A DNA stretch of 64,000 nucleotides, from positions 6,456,926 to 6,520,925 of the forward strand of contig CBDDKV010000002.1 of the NCBI GenBank assembly GCA_965230395.1. The letters are read 5' to 3'. The notes below the pieces were generated by a model, which made no database searches, was not told the DNA's origin, and was given only the letters and a program-made list of their open reading frames with translations. Positions within the stretch are counted from its first letter, which is position 1. Every line of letters begins with the position of its first letter. The stretch is from Bacteroidales bacterium. GTDB lineage: Bacteria; Bacteroidota; Bacteroidia; Bacteroidales; UBA10428. Below, piece after piece: positions 39,277 through 48,004 of the stretch. The position numbers and the translations under genes are program-made.

Positions 39277-39912
39277 CTAAGAATGTTTAAATAATCTTTT
39301 TTGGAACAACAATATCAGTATGACCCCAATTGAGATGGCCGAATCGGCAATATTAAAGATCGGCCTGAAAAAAAGAAAGTCCTGCCCTCCTTTTATAGGC
39401 ATCCAGCTCGGATATGTCCCATCGATCAGAGGGAAATAAAGCATGTCAACTACACACCCTCTGAATACTGATGAATATCCTTCAAAATCGGCATGTGAGA
39501 TACCCGAATATCCAATCCACTCATCGTACTCGTGAACATATGTAGTACCCGTGTCAAATATTAAACCATAAAATGTACTGTCCAGGATATTTCCTATTGC
39601 TCCTGCGAGAATCATTGAAACACTGACAATAAGTAACATTTTGGCCTTTTGCTTTATAAGGTTGCTCAGGTACCATATGATACCTCCTATTGCCACTACC
39701 CTGAAAAGGCTTAACGCAATTTTACCGAATTTCCCAGGTATATCCCAGCCAAAAGCCATTCCCGGATTTTCAATGTACCTAATCATAAACCAGTCTCCAA
39801 ATACAGGAATTGACTGGCCCAGCGTCATATTTGTTTTAACAATAATTTTGCTAAGCTGATCGATTACTAGAATCAATACGACAATTAAAGTCGCCTTTAC
39901 TGTTTTTGACAT
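39277..39912 (-). CDS. lspA: Lipoprotein signal peptidase II
   Basis: DQLSK, ENPGMAFG, GAIGNILD, VVDM and FNIADSAI. Confidence 0.96.
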   Translation of the reverse strand: MSKTVKATLIVVLILVIDQLSKIIVKTNMTLGQSIPVFGDWFMIRYIENPGMAFGWDIPGKFGKIALSLFRVVAIGGIIWYLSNLIKQKAKMLLIVSVSMILAGAIGNILDSTFYGLIFDTGTTYVHEYDEWIGYSGISHADFEGYSSVFRGCVVDMLYFPLIDGTYPSWMPIKGGQDFLFFRPIFNIADSAISIGVILILLFQKRLFKHS

Positions 39913-39940
39913 TCTCTTTTTGTTTAGCTTTTAAACCGCT

Positions 39941-39976
39941 AAAAATAAAAAATGATTGGAGAACTTTCCAATCATT
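39941..39976 (-). terminator. Probable terminator between dksA and lspA
   Basis: AATGATTGGA...TCCAATCATT stem with an A-tract on the left. Confidence 0.55.
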
Positions 39977-40000
39977 CAACAACTTAATTTTTTTATGCTT

Positions 40001-40378
40001 TTATTTTTGCTTTTGCTTTGCGTCGATTGATAAAGTGGCATGCGGAACAGCCCTTAATCTTTCTTTTGCTATAAGCTTTCCTGTTTCACGACATATACCA
40101 TAAGTTTTATTCTCAATACGTACCAATGCTGCCTGTAAGTGTTGAATAAATTTTTGTTGCCGCTGTGCCAGTTTACCTGACTCTTCTTTTGACAGCGTTG
40201 CCGCACCTTCTTCCAGCACTTTAAAAGTTGGGGATGTATCCTGAGTATCGTTACTTTCGCTCTGAGTTATTGCACTTTTTAGAAGTTCATAATCTCTCCT
40301 GGCTTTCTCTAATTTCTCATTTATGATAGCCTTAAATTCTGCTAACTCCTCATCTGAGTATTTGGTTTTCTCACTCAT
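40001..40378 (-). CDS. dksA: DksA/TraR family protein (Bacteroidota type, single Cys)
   Basis: YSDEELAEFK, ALVRIENKTYGICRETGKLIAKERLRAVPHATL; in the ileS-dksA-lspA context. Confidence 0.9.
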   Translation of the reverse strand: MSEKTKYSDEELAEFKAIINEKLEKARRDYELLKSAITQSESNDTQDTSPTFKVLEEGAATLSKEESGKLAQRQQKFIQHLQAALVRIENKTYGICRETGKLIAKERLRAVPHATLSIDAKQKQK

Positions 40379-40438
40379 AGCCGTAATATTAATGTTCTTA
40401 AATATAACAAAATTTCTCAATTGTAAGCCCATAGGGCA

Positions 40439-43400
40439 TTATTTTATCCTAGTGATTAAAATTGAAGTTTTATTTACCTCATCAATTTCAATCTCCACAC
40501 TTTCGGGATCATCCATGCTATTAACCAGTTCAATTTCTTTAGCCAATGTTTGCGAGCTAATATAATCCTTGAAATTGCTTATAGCTTCTTTCACATCAGG
40601 TGTGTCGATAATGCAGATATTAATCTTATCAGTTACCTCAAAACCACTTTCTTTACGTAGGTTTTGTATTCTATTTATTAATTCTCTGGCAATTCCTTCC
40701 TGCTTTAACCCTTCCGTTAAAGTAATGTCTAAAGCCACAGTCAGATTGTTTTCTGTAGCTACCAGCCACCCCGGAATATCTTCAGATGATATTTCTACGT
40801 CTGTAACCATTAAATCTATTTCCTGGTTATCTACGTTTATCCTAAAACTTCCTTTCTGCTCAATCTCAATAATATCATCCTGCGTAAAATTATTTACTTC
40901 AGCAGCAATCCGCTTCATAAGCTTCCCGTACTTTGGTCCTAATGCTTTAAAATTGGGTTTGATTTTCTTCACTAAGACACCTGATGTATCCGTGAGATAC
41001 TCAATTTCTTTTACATTAACTTCCGATAATATCAACGGGGCAATAGCTTTCAGTTGCTGTTCAAATTTTTCACTAAGAACCGGCACCATTATTTTTCCTA
41101 ATGGCTGACGCACTTTGAGGCTTTCTTTACGACGGAGTCCCAAAATCATAGACGATAACTGCTGGGCAATTTCCATTCTTTGTTCCAGATCTTTATCAAT
41201 AAAGTCATCATTATGTTGTGGGAAATCTGTATGGTGTACTGATTCTGCATTAAACCTTTTTGACACAGCATTTAAATCCCTGAATATCTTATCGGAATAA
41301 AATGGTGCAATCGGAGCAGAAAGCATTGCTATTGTTTCCAGGCAACTATATAATGTCTGATAGGCCGAGAGTTTGTCGATATCAAATTCGCCTCCCCAGT
41401 AGCGTTTGCGATTAAGCCTTACATACCAGTTACTTAAATTTTCGGTAACAAAATTCTGGATCGCCCTTCCGGCTCTTGTTGGTTCATAATTCTCATAATG
41501 TTCTCCAACTTCCTTTATTAATGTGTGAAGCAATGAGATAATCCATCGGTCTATTTCCGGACGTTCACGAACGGGGACCTCATCCCGGGAACTATCAAAT
41601 CCGTCCACATTTGCATACAAGGCAAAAAATGAATATGTATTATAAAGCGTACCAAAGTATTTACGCCGTACCTCTTCTACCCCTTCAACATCAAACTTTA
41701 AATTGTCCCAAGGCTGTGCATTTGTAATCATATACCACCGCAAGGGATCGGAGCCATATTTCTCAATTGTTTCAAATGGGTCTACTGCATTTCCCAGACG
41801 CTTTGACATTTTATTTCCGCTCTTGTCAAGCACCAGTCCGTTACTGATAATATTTTTAAATGCTACGGAATCAAAAAGCATGGTAGCAATAGCATGAAGG
41901 GTAAAAAACCATCCCCGTGTCTGATCTACTCCTTCTGCAATAAAATCGCTTGGGAATGCCTCCTTTAGTTCTTCTTCATTTACGGAAAACGGATAATGTA
42001 CCTGCGCATAAGGCATAGCTCCTGAATCGAACCAGACATCAATAAGATCGTTCTCCCGTTTCATTGGTTTTCCCAATTCCGAAACCAATATAATATTATC
42101 GACAATATGCCGATGAAGATCAACTTTTTTATAGTTTTCCGAAGAACAGTCCCCCGCTTGAAAACCCTTAAACGGATTCTCTGACATTAGCCCTTCTTTT
42201 ACGGATCTTTCTACTTCATTGTATAGTTCTTCCACAGAACCGATACACTTTTCTTCGCTTCCGTCTTCCGTTCTCCATATTGGCAGAGGTGTTCCCCAGT
42301 ACCTTGATCTGGAAAGGTTCCAGTCAACAAGGTTTTCAAGCCATTTTCCGAAACGTCCAGTACCTGTTGATTCTGGTTTCCAGTTAATCGTTTCGTTTAA
42401 TTTTATTAATTTCTCTTTTATTGCTGTTGTTTTGATAAACCATGAGTCAAGCGGATAATAAAGAACGGGCTTATCGGTTCTCCAGCAGTGGGGATAATTG
42501 TGTGTATGCTTTTCTATACGAAACGCTTTGTTCCCTTTTTTAAGCATTACAGAAATATCCACATCAATTGTAGGAGCTTTTTTATCTAACGACTCATCAT
42601 ACTCGTTTTTAACATATCTCCCTGAAAAGTCGCGATAAGTTTCAAGGTTTACATTTGCAGAAACAAACTTGTCATCTAAGTCTGCAATTCTTACAAACCT
42701 TCCCTTTTTATCTACAAGTGGCCCTGTTGCGCCGTCTTTATCAACAACAACAAGTGGGGAAATTCCGTATTTTTGTGCCACCCGGTAGTCATCGGCTCCA
42801 AAGGTAGGGGCTATATGAACAATTCCTGTTCCGTCTTCCGTTGTAACAAAATCGCCAACCAGCACCTCAAATGCCTTTCCTTCCGGCTTAATCCAGTTAA
42901 TGAGCTGCTCATAAAGAACACCTTCGAGATCCTTACCGGAATATTCAGCAAGTATTTTATATGGAATAGCTTTATCGCCTTCTTTGTAGTCATCAAAAGA
43001 AAGTTCATTATTTTTTGGATCAAAGTATTTATGCATCAGATCCTTCGCCAGAACCACAGTTACAGGTATACCTGTATAAGGATTGAAAGATTGTACTTTT
43101 ACGTATTTTATACCTCCCCCAACAGCCAAAGCTGTATTAGAAGGAAGTGTCCAGGGAGTGGTTGTCCATGCTAAAAAGTGAACTTCCTCTGTTTCGGTAC
43201 CTTCGAATAAAAATGCTGATTTTTCATTCCTGATCACCTGAAACTGGGCTACACAGGTTGTATCTTTTACATCACGATAACAACCCGGCTGGTTAAGTTC
43301 ATGCGAGCTCAGTCCGGTTCCGGCAGCCGGTGAATAGGGTTGTATGGTATACCCTTTATAAAGCATATCTTTATCGTACAACTTCCTGAGCAGGTACCAT

Positions 43401-43891
43401 AAAGTTTCCATGTATTTGCTGTCATAGGTAATATATGGTTCATCCATGTTTACCCAATAGCCCATCTGACTGGTCAGTTCCTCCCATTCGGAGGTATATC
43501 GCATCACATCCTCTTTACAGGCCTGGTTATATTCTGTTACCGATATTTTATCTGTCCCAATATCTTCTTTTGTAATACCCAGACGTTTCTCCACGCTTAA
43601 TTCAACAGGTAGGCCGTGAGTATCCCATCCGGCCTTACGGTTTACCAGATATCCCTTCTGCGTTTTGAACCTGCAAACAATATCTTTAATTGTTCGGGAA
43701 ATTACATGATGAATACCGGGCATTCCATTCGCTGAAGGCGGTCCCTCGTAAAACACAAATGGCCCCTTATCACTGTTTTTCCGAAGTTGTATGCTTTTCT
43801 CAAAGGCTTTCTCTTCAGCCCACTTTGAGGCATATTCCTTATTAATTTCGGATAGGTTGAAATTCTTGTATTCTGCGAACTTACCGCTCAT
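40439..43891 (-). CDS. ileS: Isoleucine--tRNA ligase (type 2)
   Basis: FYEGPPSANGMPGIHH, GWDTHGLP, AWTTTPWTLP, DWNLSRSRYWG and KMSKR; C-terminal DUF5915-like tail. Confidence 0.98.
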   Translation of the reverse strand: MSGKFAEYKNFNLSEINKEYASKWAEEKAFEKSIQLRKNSDKGPFVFYEGPPSANGMPGIHHVISRTIKDIVCRFKTQKGYLVNRKAGWDTHGLPVELSVEKRLGITKEDIGTDKISVTEYNQACKEDVMRYTSEWEELTSQMGYWVNMDEPYITYDSKYMETLWYLLRKLYDKDMLYKGYTIQPYSPAAGTGLSSHELNQPGCYRDVKDTTCVAQFQVIRNEKSAFLFEGTETEEVHFLAWTTTPWTLPSNTALAVGGGIKYVKVQSFNPYTGIPVTVVLAKDLMHKYFDPKNNELSFDDYKEGDKAIPYKILAEYSGKDLEGVLYEQLINWIKPEGKAFEVLVGDFVTTEDGTGIVHIAPTFGADDYRVAQKYGISPLVVVDKDGATGPLVDKKGRFVRIADLDDKFVSANVNLETYRDFSGRYVKNEYDESLDKKAPTIDVDISVMLKKGNKAFRIEKHTHNYPHCWRTDKPVLYYPLDSWFIKTTAIKEKLIKLNETINWKPESTGTGRFGKWLENLVDWNLSRSRYWGTPLPIWRTEDGSEEKCIGSVEELYNEVERSVKEGLMSENPFKGFQAGDCSSENYKKVDLHRHIVDNIILVSELGKPMKRENDLIDVWFDSGAMPYAQVHYPFSVNEEELKEAFPSDFIAEGVDQTRGWFFTLHAIATMLFDSVAFKNIISNGLVLDKSGNKMSKRLGNAVDPFETIEKYGSDPLRWYMITNAQPWDNLKFDVEGVEEVRRKYFGTLYNTYSFFALYANVDGFDSSRDEVPVRERPEIDRWIISLLHTLIKEVGEHYENYEPTRAGRAIQNFVTENLSNWYVRLNRKRYWGGEFDIDKLSAYQTLYSCLETIAMLSAPIAPFYSDKIFRDLNAVSKRFNAESVHHTDFPQHNDDFIDKDLEQRMEIAQQLSSMILGLRRKESLKVRQPLGKIMVPVLSEKFEQQLKAIAPLILSEVNVKEIEYLTDTSGVLVKKIKPNFKALGPKYGKLMKRIAAEVNNFTQDDIIEIEQKGSFRINVDNQEIDLMVTDVEISSEDIPGWLVATENNLTVALDITLTEGLKQEGIARELINRIQNLRKESGFEVTDKINICIIDTPDVKEAISNFKDYISSQTLAKEIELVNSMDDPESVEIEIDEVNKTSILITRIK

Positions 43892-44177
43892 TGATGCGTT
43901 TTTTTCTATGTTAAAAAAGTGTACAAATATAGACTTCTGGATATAAAAAAGCAAAGTGATTCTGTGTTTATTTATGTCTAAACCAAGTAAAATTGTTAAC
44001 CCGGATTATTCACAACTTACGTTTTAACCTTACTGTAAAATTTTGTTTTTCAATAATCGTTGAGAATACTTTGAGATAATTGGCATAACTAAAATTTGAG
44101 TATCGCTTGACATTCGCTTTACGGATCTGCTTTGTTACTAACTATTCGAACCTTTCGCCTGACACATACATTAATTA

Positions 44178-44402
44178 GAGTCTGTCTATAAAGTCCATGT
44201 TACTCACGTATTTTATATTTTAAAAGTGTTCGTGACCTTCGGTTTTAGTTTAAACTTGTGATTCTTCCGTTGTATGATAAGTCTTTTTTCAAATTCACCT
44301 GATTCCTGATGTGCTCAGGACCATTGCTGACAGCACTGACAATTTTCCAGATTAAATTAAGCCAGCCTTTCAGGCTGAGAACCTTAGTTTGTGGACAGGC
44401 TT
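44178..44402. mobile_element. MITE with IS5-like terminal inverted repeats
   Basis: Left GAGTCTGTCTATAAA vs reverse complement of right end AAGCCTGTCCACAAA (11/15); TA on both flanks; no transposase. Confidence 0.55.
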
Positions 44403-44456
44403 TATTTAGATATGATAAGAAGATAACATTAGCAAGAAGTTTTTAAGGCTAAAAAC

Positions 44457-45506
44457 TTATATTGACCATCTTAAAATGGTAGATCCGGCATTCCATCTTG
44501 ATCCCATATCGGACAAAACTACCAAATCACCTTTCTTCAAAAGCTTTTTTTTGTAAGCATCCGTAGTTATAACCGGTATACTGGCAGTTTCTATACAAGC
44601 GGTTTGTTCCAAAGTATCATGAACCTTTGAGTAGTCAACATTAAGATTTTTGGCCCATTTTTGATTCAGTCCGAGAAACTTTTGAGCAAAAATGAACTTA
44701 TGAATATTATCCGGCCTGATCTCTAATTTTCTCAGGAGTTTAGTAATAGTATACGGTATTAGATTTTCGACGTATGGCAAATCATTTTCGAAACTGTCAG
44801 GGGCAATGGAAAAGAAAGGCTTTATGGAATAGTTTTTATCCTTGGGCCCCGCGTAGCCACCTTTTATTTTTACTTCCGCAGCAATTCCTTCATGAAACCC
44901 TGACATGAGATGAAAACCCTGAAACCCGTATTCAGGCTGTGTTGGTCCCAGAATGAAAGCACCGGCACCATCACCTACAAGAAGTGATTTCATTGTAGTA
45001 CTTTCTGTGTGCGTAAGTAAGGTTTCTCCGGAGGTAACCAAAACCTTTTTATAGAAACCGGAGCAAATAAAAGAAGCTGCTACTGTTATTGAATATATCC
45101 ATCCGGAAAAACCAGCATCAATATTTAATGAAGTGGCATTTTTAGCACCAATTGCAGATTGAATCGTTATACAATTGGGTGGCGTCAATTGGTTCATATC
45201 CCTACTCGTATGTGTGGCAATAACCAGGTCAATTTCTTCAGCCGGAATACCAGAGTCGTTAAGTGCATTCCGCGCGGCCTGGATAGCAAGATCAGTAAAG
45301 TTCATTTGATCGGAATAGTGTCGATATTTGATACCAGATGTATTCGAAATGAAAGAAGATTCTTCGTCTGTTAGTTTGGTGTTTGTAAAACAGTCATTTG
45401 CAATTTGTTTCGAAGGCAAAAAACAACCCACACCAAGAATACCAACCGGTTTTTGAGGAATAATTACCGGTGCGTCTGAAAGCTGAAATTTTGAGTTTAT
45501 TATCAT
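44457..45506 (-). CDS. FabH/KAS III-like protein lacking the catalytic triad
   Basis: Clear KAS III scaffold (GVGCFLP, SGIKYRH, LAIQAARNAL, GDGAGAFIL, TASIP), but DAGFSG (no Cys), FAQKF (no His) and TACIETAS (no Asn). Confidence 0.85.
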   Translation of the reverse strand: MIINSKFQLSDAPVIIPQKPVGILGVGCFLPSKQIANDCFTNTKLTDEESSFISNTSGIKYRHYSDQMNFTDLAIQAARNALNDSGIPAEEIDLVIATHTSRDMNQLTPPNCITIQSAIGAKNATSLNIDAGFSGWIYSITVAASFICSGFYKKVLVTSGETLLTHTESTTMKSLLVGDGAGAFILGPTQPEYGFQGFHLMSGFHEGIAAEVKIKGGYAGPKDKNYSIKPFFSIAPDSFENDLPYVENLIPYTITKLLRKLEIRPDNIHKFIFAQKFLGLNQKWAKNLNVDYSKVHDTLEQTACIETASIPVITTDAYKKKLLKKGDLVVLSDMGSRWNAGSTILRWSI

Positions 45507-45647
45507 GTTCTTAACGTATTAACTTTTTTTATTAACAAATTTAGTTTATTTTTATAATAAGAGTTGAGTGTATTGAGCATCATTTTGGGTAAAGAAATTC
45601 TTCAAATATTTTACTTATTAAATAATTATAAATCTTATAGGTGGTTT

Positions 45648-46052
45648 ATGGAAAAACAAATTGCTTCAAATCAAAATTTTACCATTAAAGTAAATACGCA
45701 AAAAAATCGTATGTATGCAACTTTTAATGGTTTTTGGGGAGACGAGAAGATTATTGATGATTACATCGAAAACATGAAGACTGCATTGACATCATTGCAG
45801 CGCAACTTTACTCTGGTGGCGGATCTGAGAATGTTTAAAACTCTTCCTAAAGAGTTAGTTGATAAACAAAAACAGTCTATGCAAGTGTTGGCTTCTGCCG
45901 GAATGTTCAAAGTTGCAGAAATAGTTCCCCAAAGCGTTATTGCCAGCATGCAGTTAGAGCAATCTGCATCGGAATCGAATATGCCAAACCGACAATTTGC
46001 TGATGTTCCATCCGGAGAGAGATGGCTGGACAAGGAAATAGCAGCACTATAA
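45648..46052 (+). CDS. Small STAS/SpoIIAA-like hypothetical protein
   Basis: Start reassigned to ATG 45648. FTIKVNTQKNRMYATFNGFW...FTLVADLR...AGMFKVAEIV...FADVPSGERWLD. Confidence 0.7.
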   Translation: MEKQIASNQNFTIKVNTQKNRMYATFNGFWGDEKIIDDYIENMKTALTSLQRNFTLVADLRMFKTLPKELVDKQKQSMQVLASAGMFKVAEIVPQSVIASMQLEQSASESNMPNRQFADVPSGERWLDKEIAAL

Positions 46053-46093
46053 ATAATGAGAAATAAGAAGAAATTCTCATTGAAATAATAGAG

Positions 46094-46131
46094 AAAAAGA
46101 AGGTTTCTATACTGAAAACCTTCTTTTTTTT
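46094..46131. terminator. Bidirectional intrinsic terminator
   Basis: AAAAAGAAGGTTTC...GAAAACCTTCTTTTTTTT between convergent genes. Confidence 0.8.
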
Positions 46132-46172
46132 ATCATTAAGATGATGTTATATCGGAACCCGGAAAATAATAT

Positions 46173-47372
46173 TTATCTCAAACAGTTTTGAACTAGCTTT
46201 TCAGGAATATTCATAATAATAGCAATATGATTTTCTCCTGCCCCGGATGAAGCAATAAGTACTTTATTACCCGAATTTATTAACCCTTTTTCTATCGCGT
46301 CGAGTAGATTAATACCAGCGCTGCAGGTTGCAATATTGGCATTTTCCTTAAACGTTTCGTGAAATTTAATTTCCGGAACCCCTACAGCCTCTCTCCATGC
46401 ATTTCCTGCCCAGGCCACCGGTTGATGCGTAACAAAAAAATCAAGATCATTTACTGTTATTTCAGCCTTTTCTAAAGCTTTATCTACAACATACTTCAGG
46501 TCAGACTGAGCATTTTTAGCAATTAACTTTAGCGAAGCCTGGTTTAGAAAAGTTACGAAATGCTGATTGTATTTTGGGCCTAATTCTGTTGTCTTTAAAA
46601 GTAGAGGTTCTCTTTCTGTAAAAACAACACCGTCATGTCTATCTCCATGACTATGAGAGTATGAAGAAATGTAACCTTCATTATTGTCAACCGCACTAAC
46701 AATACCTGCAACAGAAGCATCGCCGGTATCAACACTCCAGTAGGTCGATTTGTCATTAATAATAGTATCAATTATACTGCTTACAATTAATACATTTTTC
46801 TTGATACCCGTTTTTACTAATGCCGTTGCTACTTCAACCATTGTTACAAAGGTTGAACAGCAGGTATCAATAGAATATGCCCCCGAGTTTTTTAAACCCA
46901 ATTTGTGTTGTAAGAGAGAAGCGTTAGTGGGTAATGGCCTATCTGGCACCTGTGCATGCGACAACACTAGATCTATTTCGTCAGGATGTAGTCCGGAATT
47001 TGTTATTGCTAAAGCTCCGGCAATGGTTTCTGCATCCGATGGGAGCATTGGGTGTGGGTAAACCGATTCTTTTACCGATACAGGATCCATAGGAACCCGC
47101 CTTCTGCTCTCCGTTCCCTGAAAAGGATCTTTTTGTTTCTTTTCAGGTAAACTTTTTACCCAGGCCTCAAACCATGGTTTGCTTTCCCATCCCTGGTGGT
47201 TCGATTCCGTGTAACCGGGTAGTTCTCCTGTAGTTTCAATGGAATGGATGTACGCTTCATTTAGTTGTGTGTGCGAGCGAAGATAATCTACCAGTCGTTC
47301 CTTTTTTTGTTCAGAGATTTTCTTTCCTGGTAAATAACCTCCCAACGAAATTAATCCAACATTTTGTTTCAT
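46173..47372 (-). CDS. FabH/KAS III-like condensing enzyme with intact Cys-His-Asn triad and an N-terminal insertion
   Basis: Start reassigned to ATG 47372. SIDTCCSTF, TGDAS, THQP, ANIATCS and SSGAG. Confidence 0.88.
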   Translation of the reverse strand: MKQNVGLISLGGYLPGKKISEQKKERLVDYLRSHTQLNEAYIHSIETTGELPGYTESNHQGWESKPWFEAWVKSLPEKKQKDPFQGTESRRRVPMDPVSVKESVYPHPMLPSDAETIAGALAITNSGLHPDEIDLVLSHAQVPDRPLPTNASLLQHKLGLKNSGAYSIDTCCSTFVTMVEVATALVKTGIKKNVLIVSSIIDTIINDKSTYWSVDTGDASVAGIVSAVDNNEGYISSYSHSHGDRHDGVVFTEREPLLLKTTELGPKYNQHFVTFLNQASLKLIAKNAQSDLKYVVDKALEKAEITVNDLDFFVTHQPVAWAGNAWREAVGVPEIKFHETFKENANIATCSAGINLLDAIEKGLINSGNKVLIASSGAGENHIAIIMNIPEKLVQNCLR

Positions 47373-48004
47373 GTGCAATAGATTTAGTTTTTCTGCATAT
47401 TGTTTTGATAGTAAGTACAATATTAGATTAAGCTTAACAGCTTTTAATTTAAAACTACATTTCGTGTTAAATGTAGAATTTCAATTAATGGAGAATGAAT
47501 AACTTTTTAGGGTTATCTCAATACCATCATTTTCATCTCAGTCAATAAATGCTTACTTTATATATAAAGTTAAAAAAAAATACAAGAAATATTATCGGAA
47601 GATTTTTTTTCTGAAAAATTTTCTAGTAGTGCGACCACAAAATAACAATTCATATTTCACACTTCTTTTTCCTTTCTATTGCGTTTAAAATCTTAAACAT
47701 AGTTATACTATGCTTTATAAATTTCGCCTTACAAAAAGAAAAAATAAACCCCTATAGATTAAAATCCATGCAATGCCTTCTTCCGTAAACCACACATATT
47801 CAGATTAACAATTTGTCCACTTAACGCGATTAAAAGGTCGACTTTAGGAGCAAGATATCCCACATTGTATTTTGCTATTAAATACCTATTTTACAGTAGT
47901 TTACACTAAGATATATTTGTCGGTATTTTATCCGTTGTTAAAAATATAGCTTTTTAAAACTTCATCCAACAATAACATGCCCATCGCTCTCTGAATTAGG
48001 GGCT

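Noticed and set aside
40001..40378. DksA lacking the four-Cys zinc finger as a novelty
   Set aside because: Single-Cys DksA-like proteins next to ileS and lspA are the usual Bacteroidota form.
40569..43174. Long antisense ORFs over ileS (179 aa, 133 aa and others)
   Set aside because: Shadow ORFs opposite a strongly conserved gene, with no motifs.
47420..48000. AT-rich gap between the KAS III gene and the toxin locus
   Set aside because: No ORF, repeat or att-like duplication that I could support.
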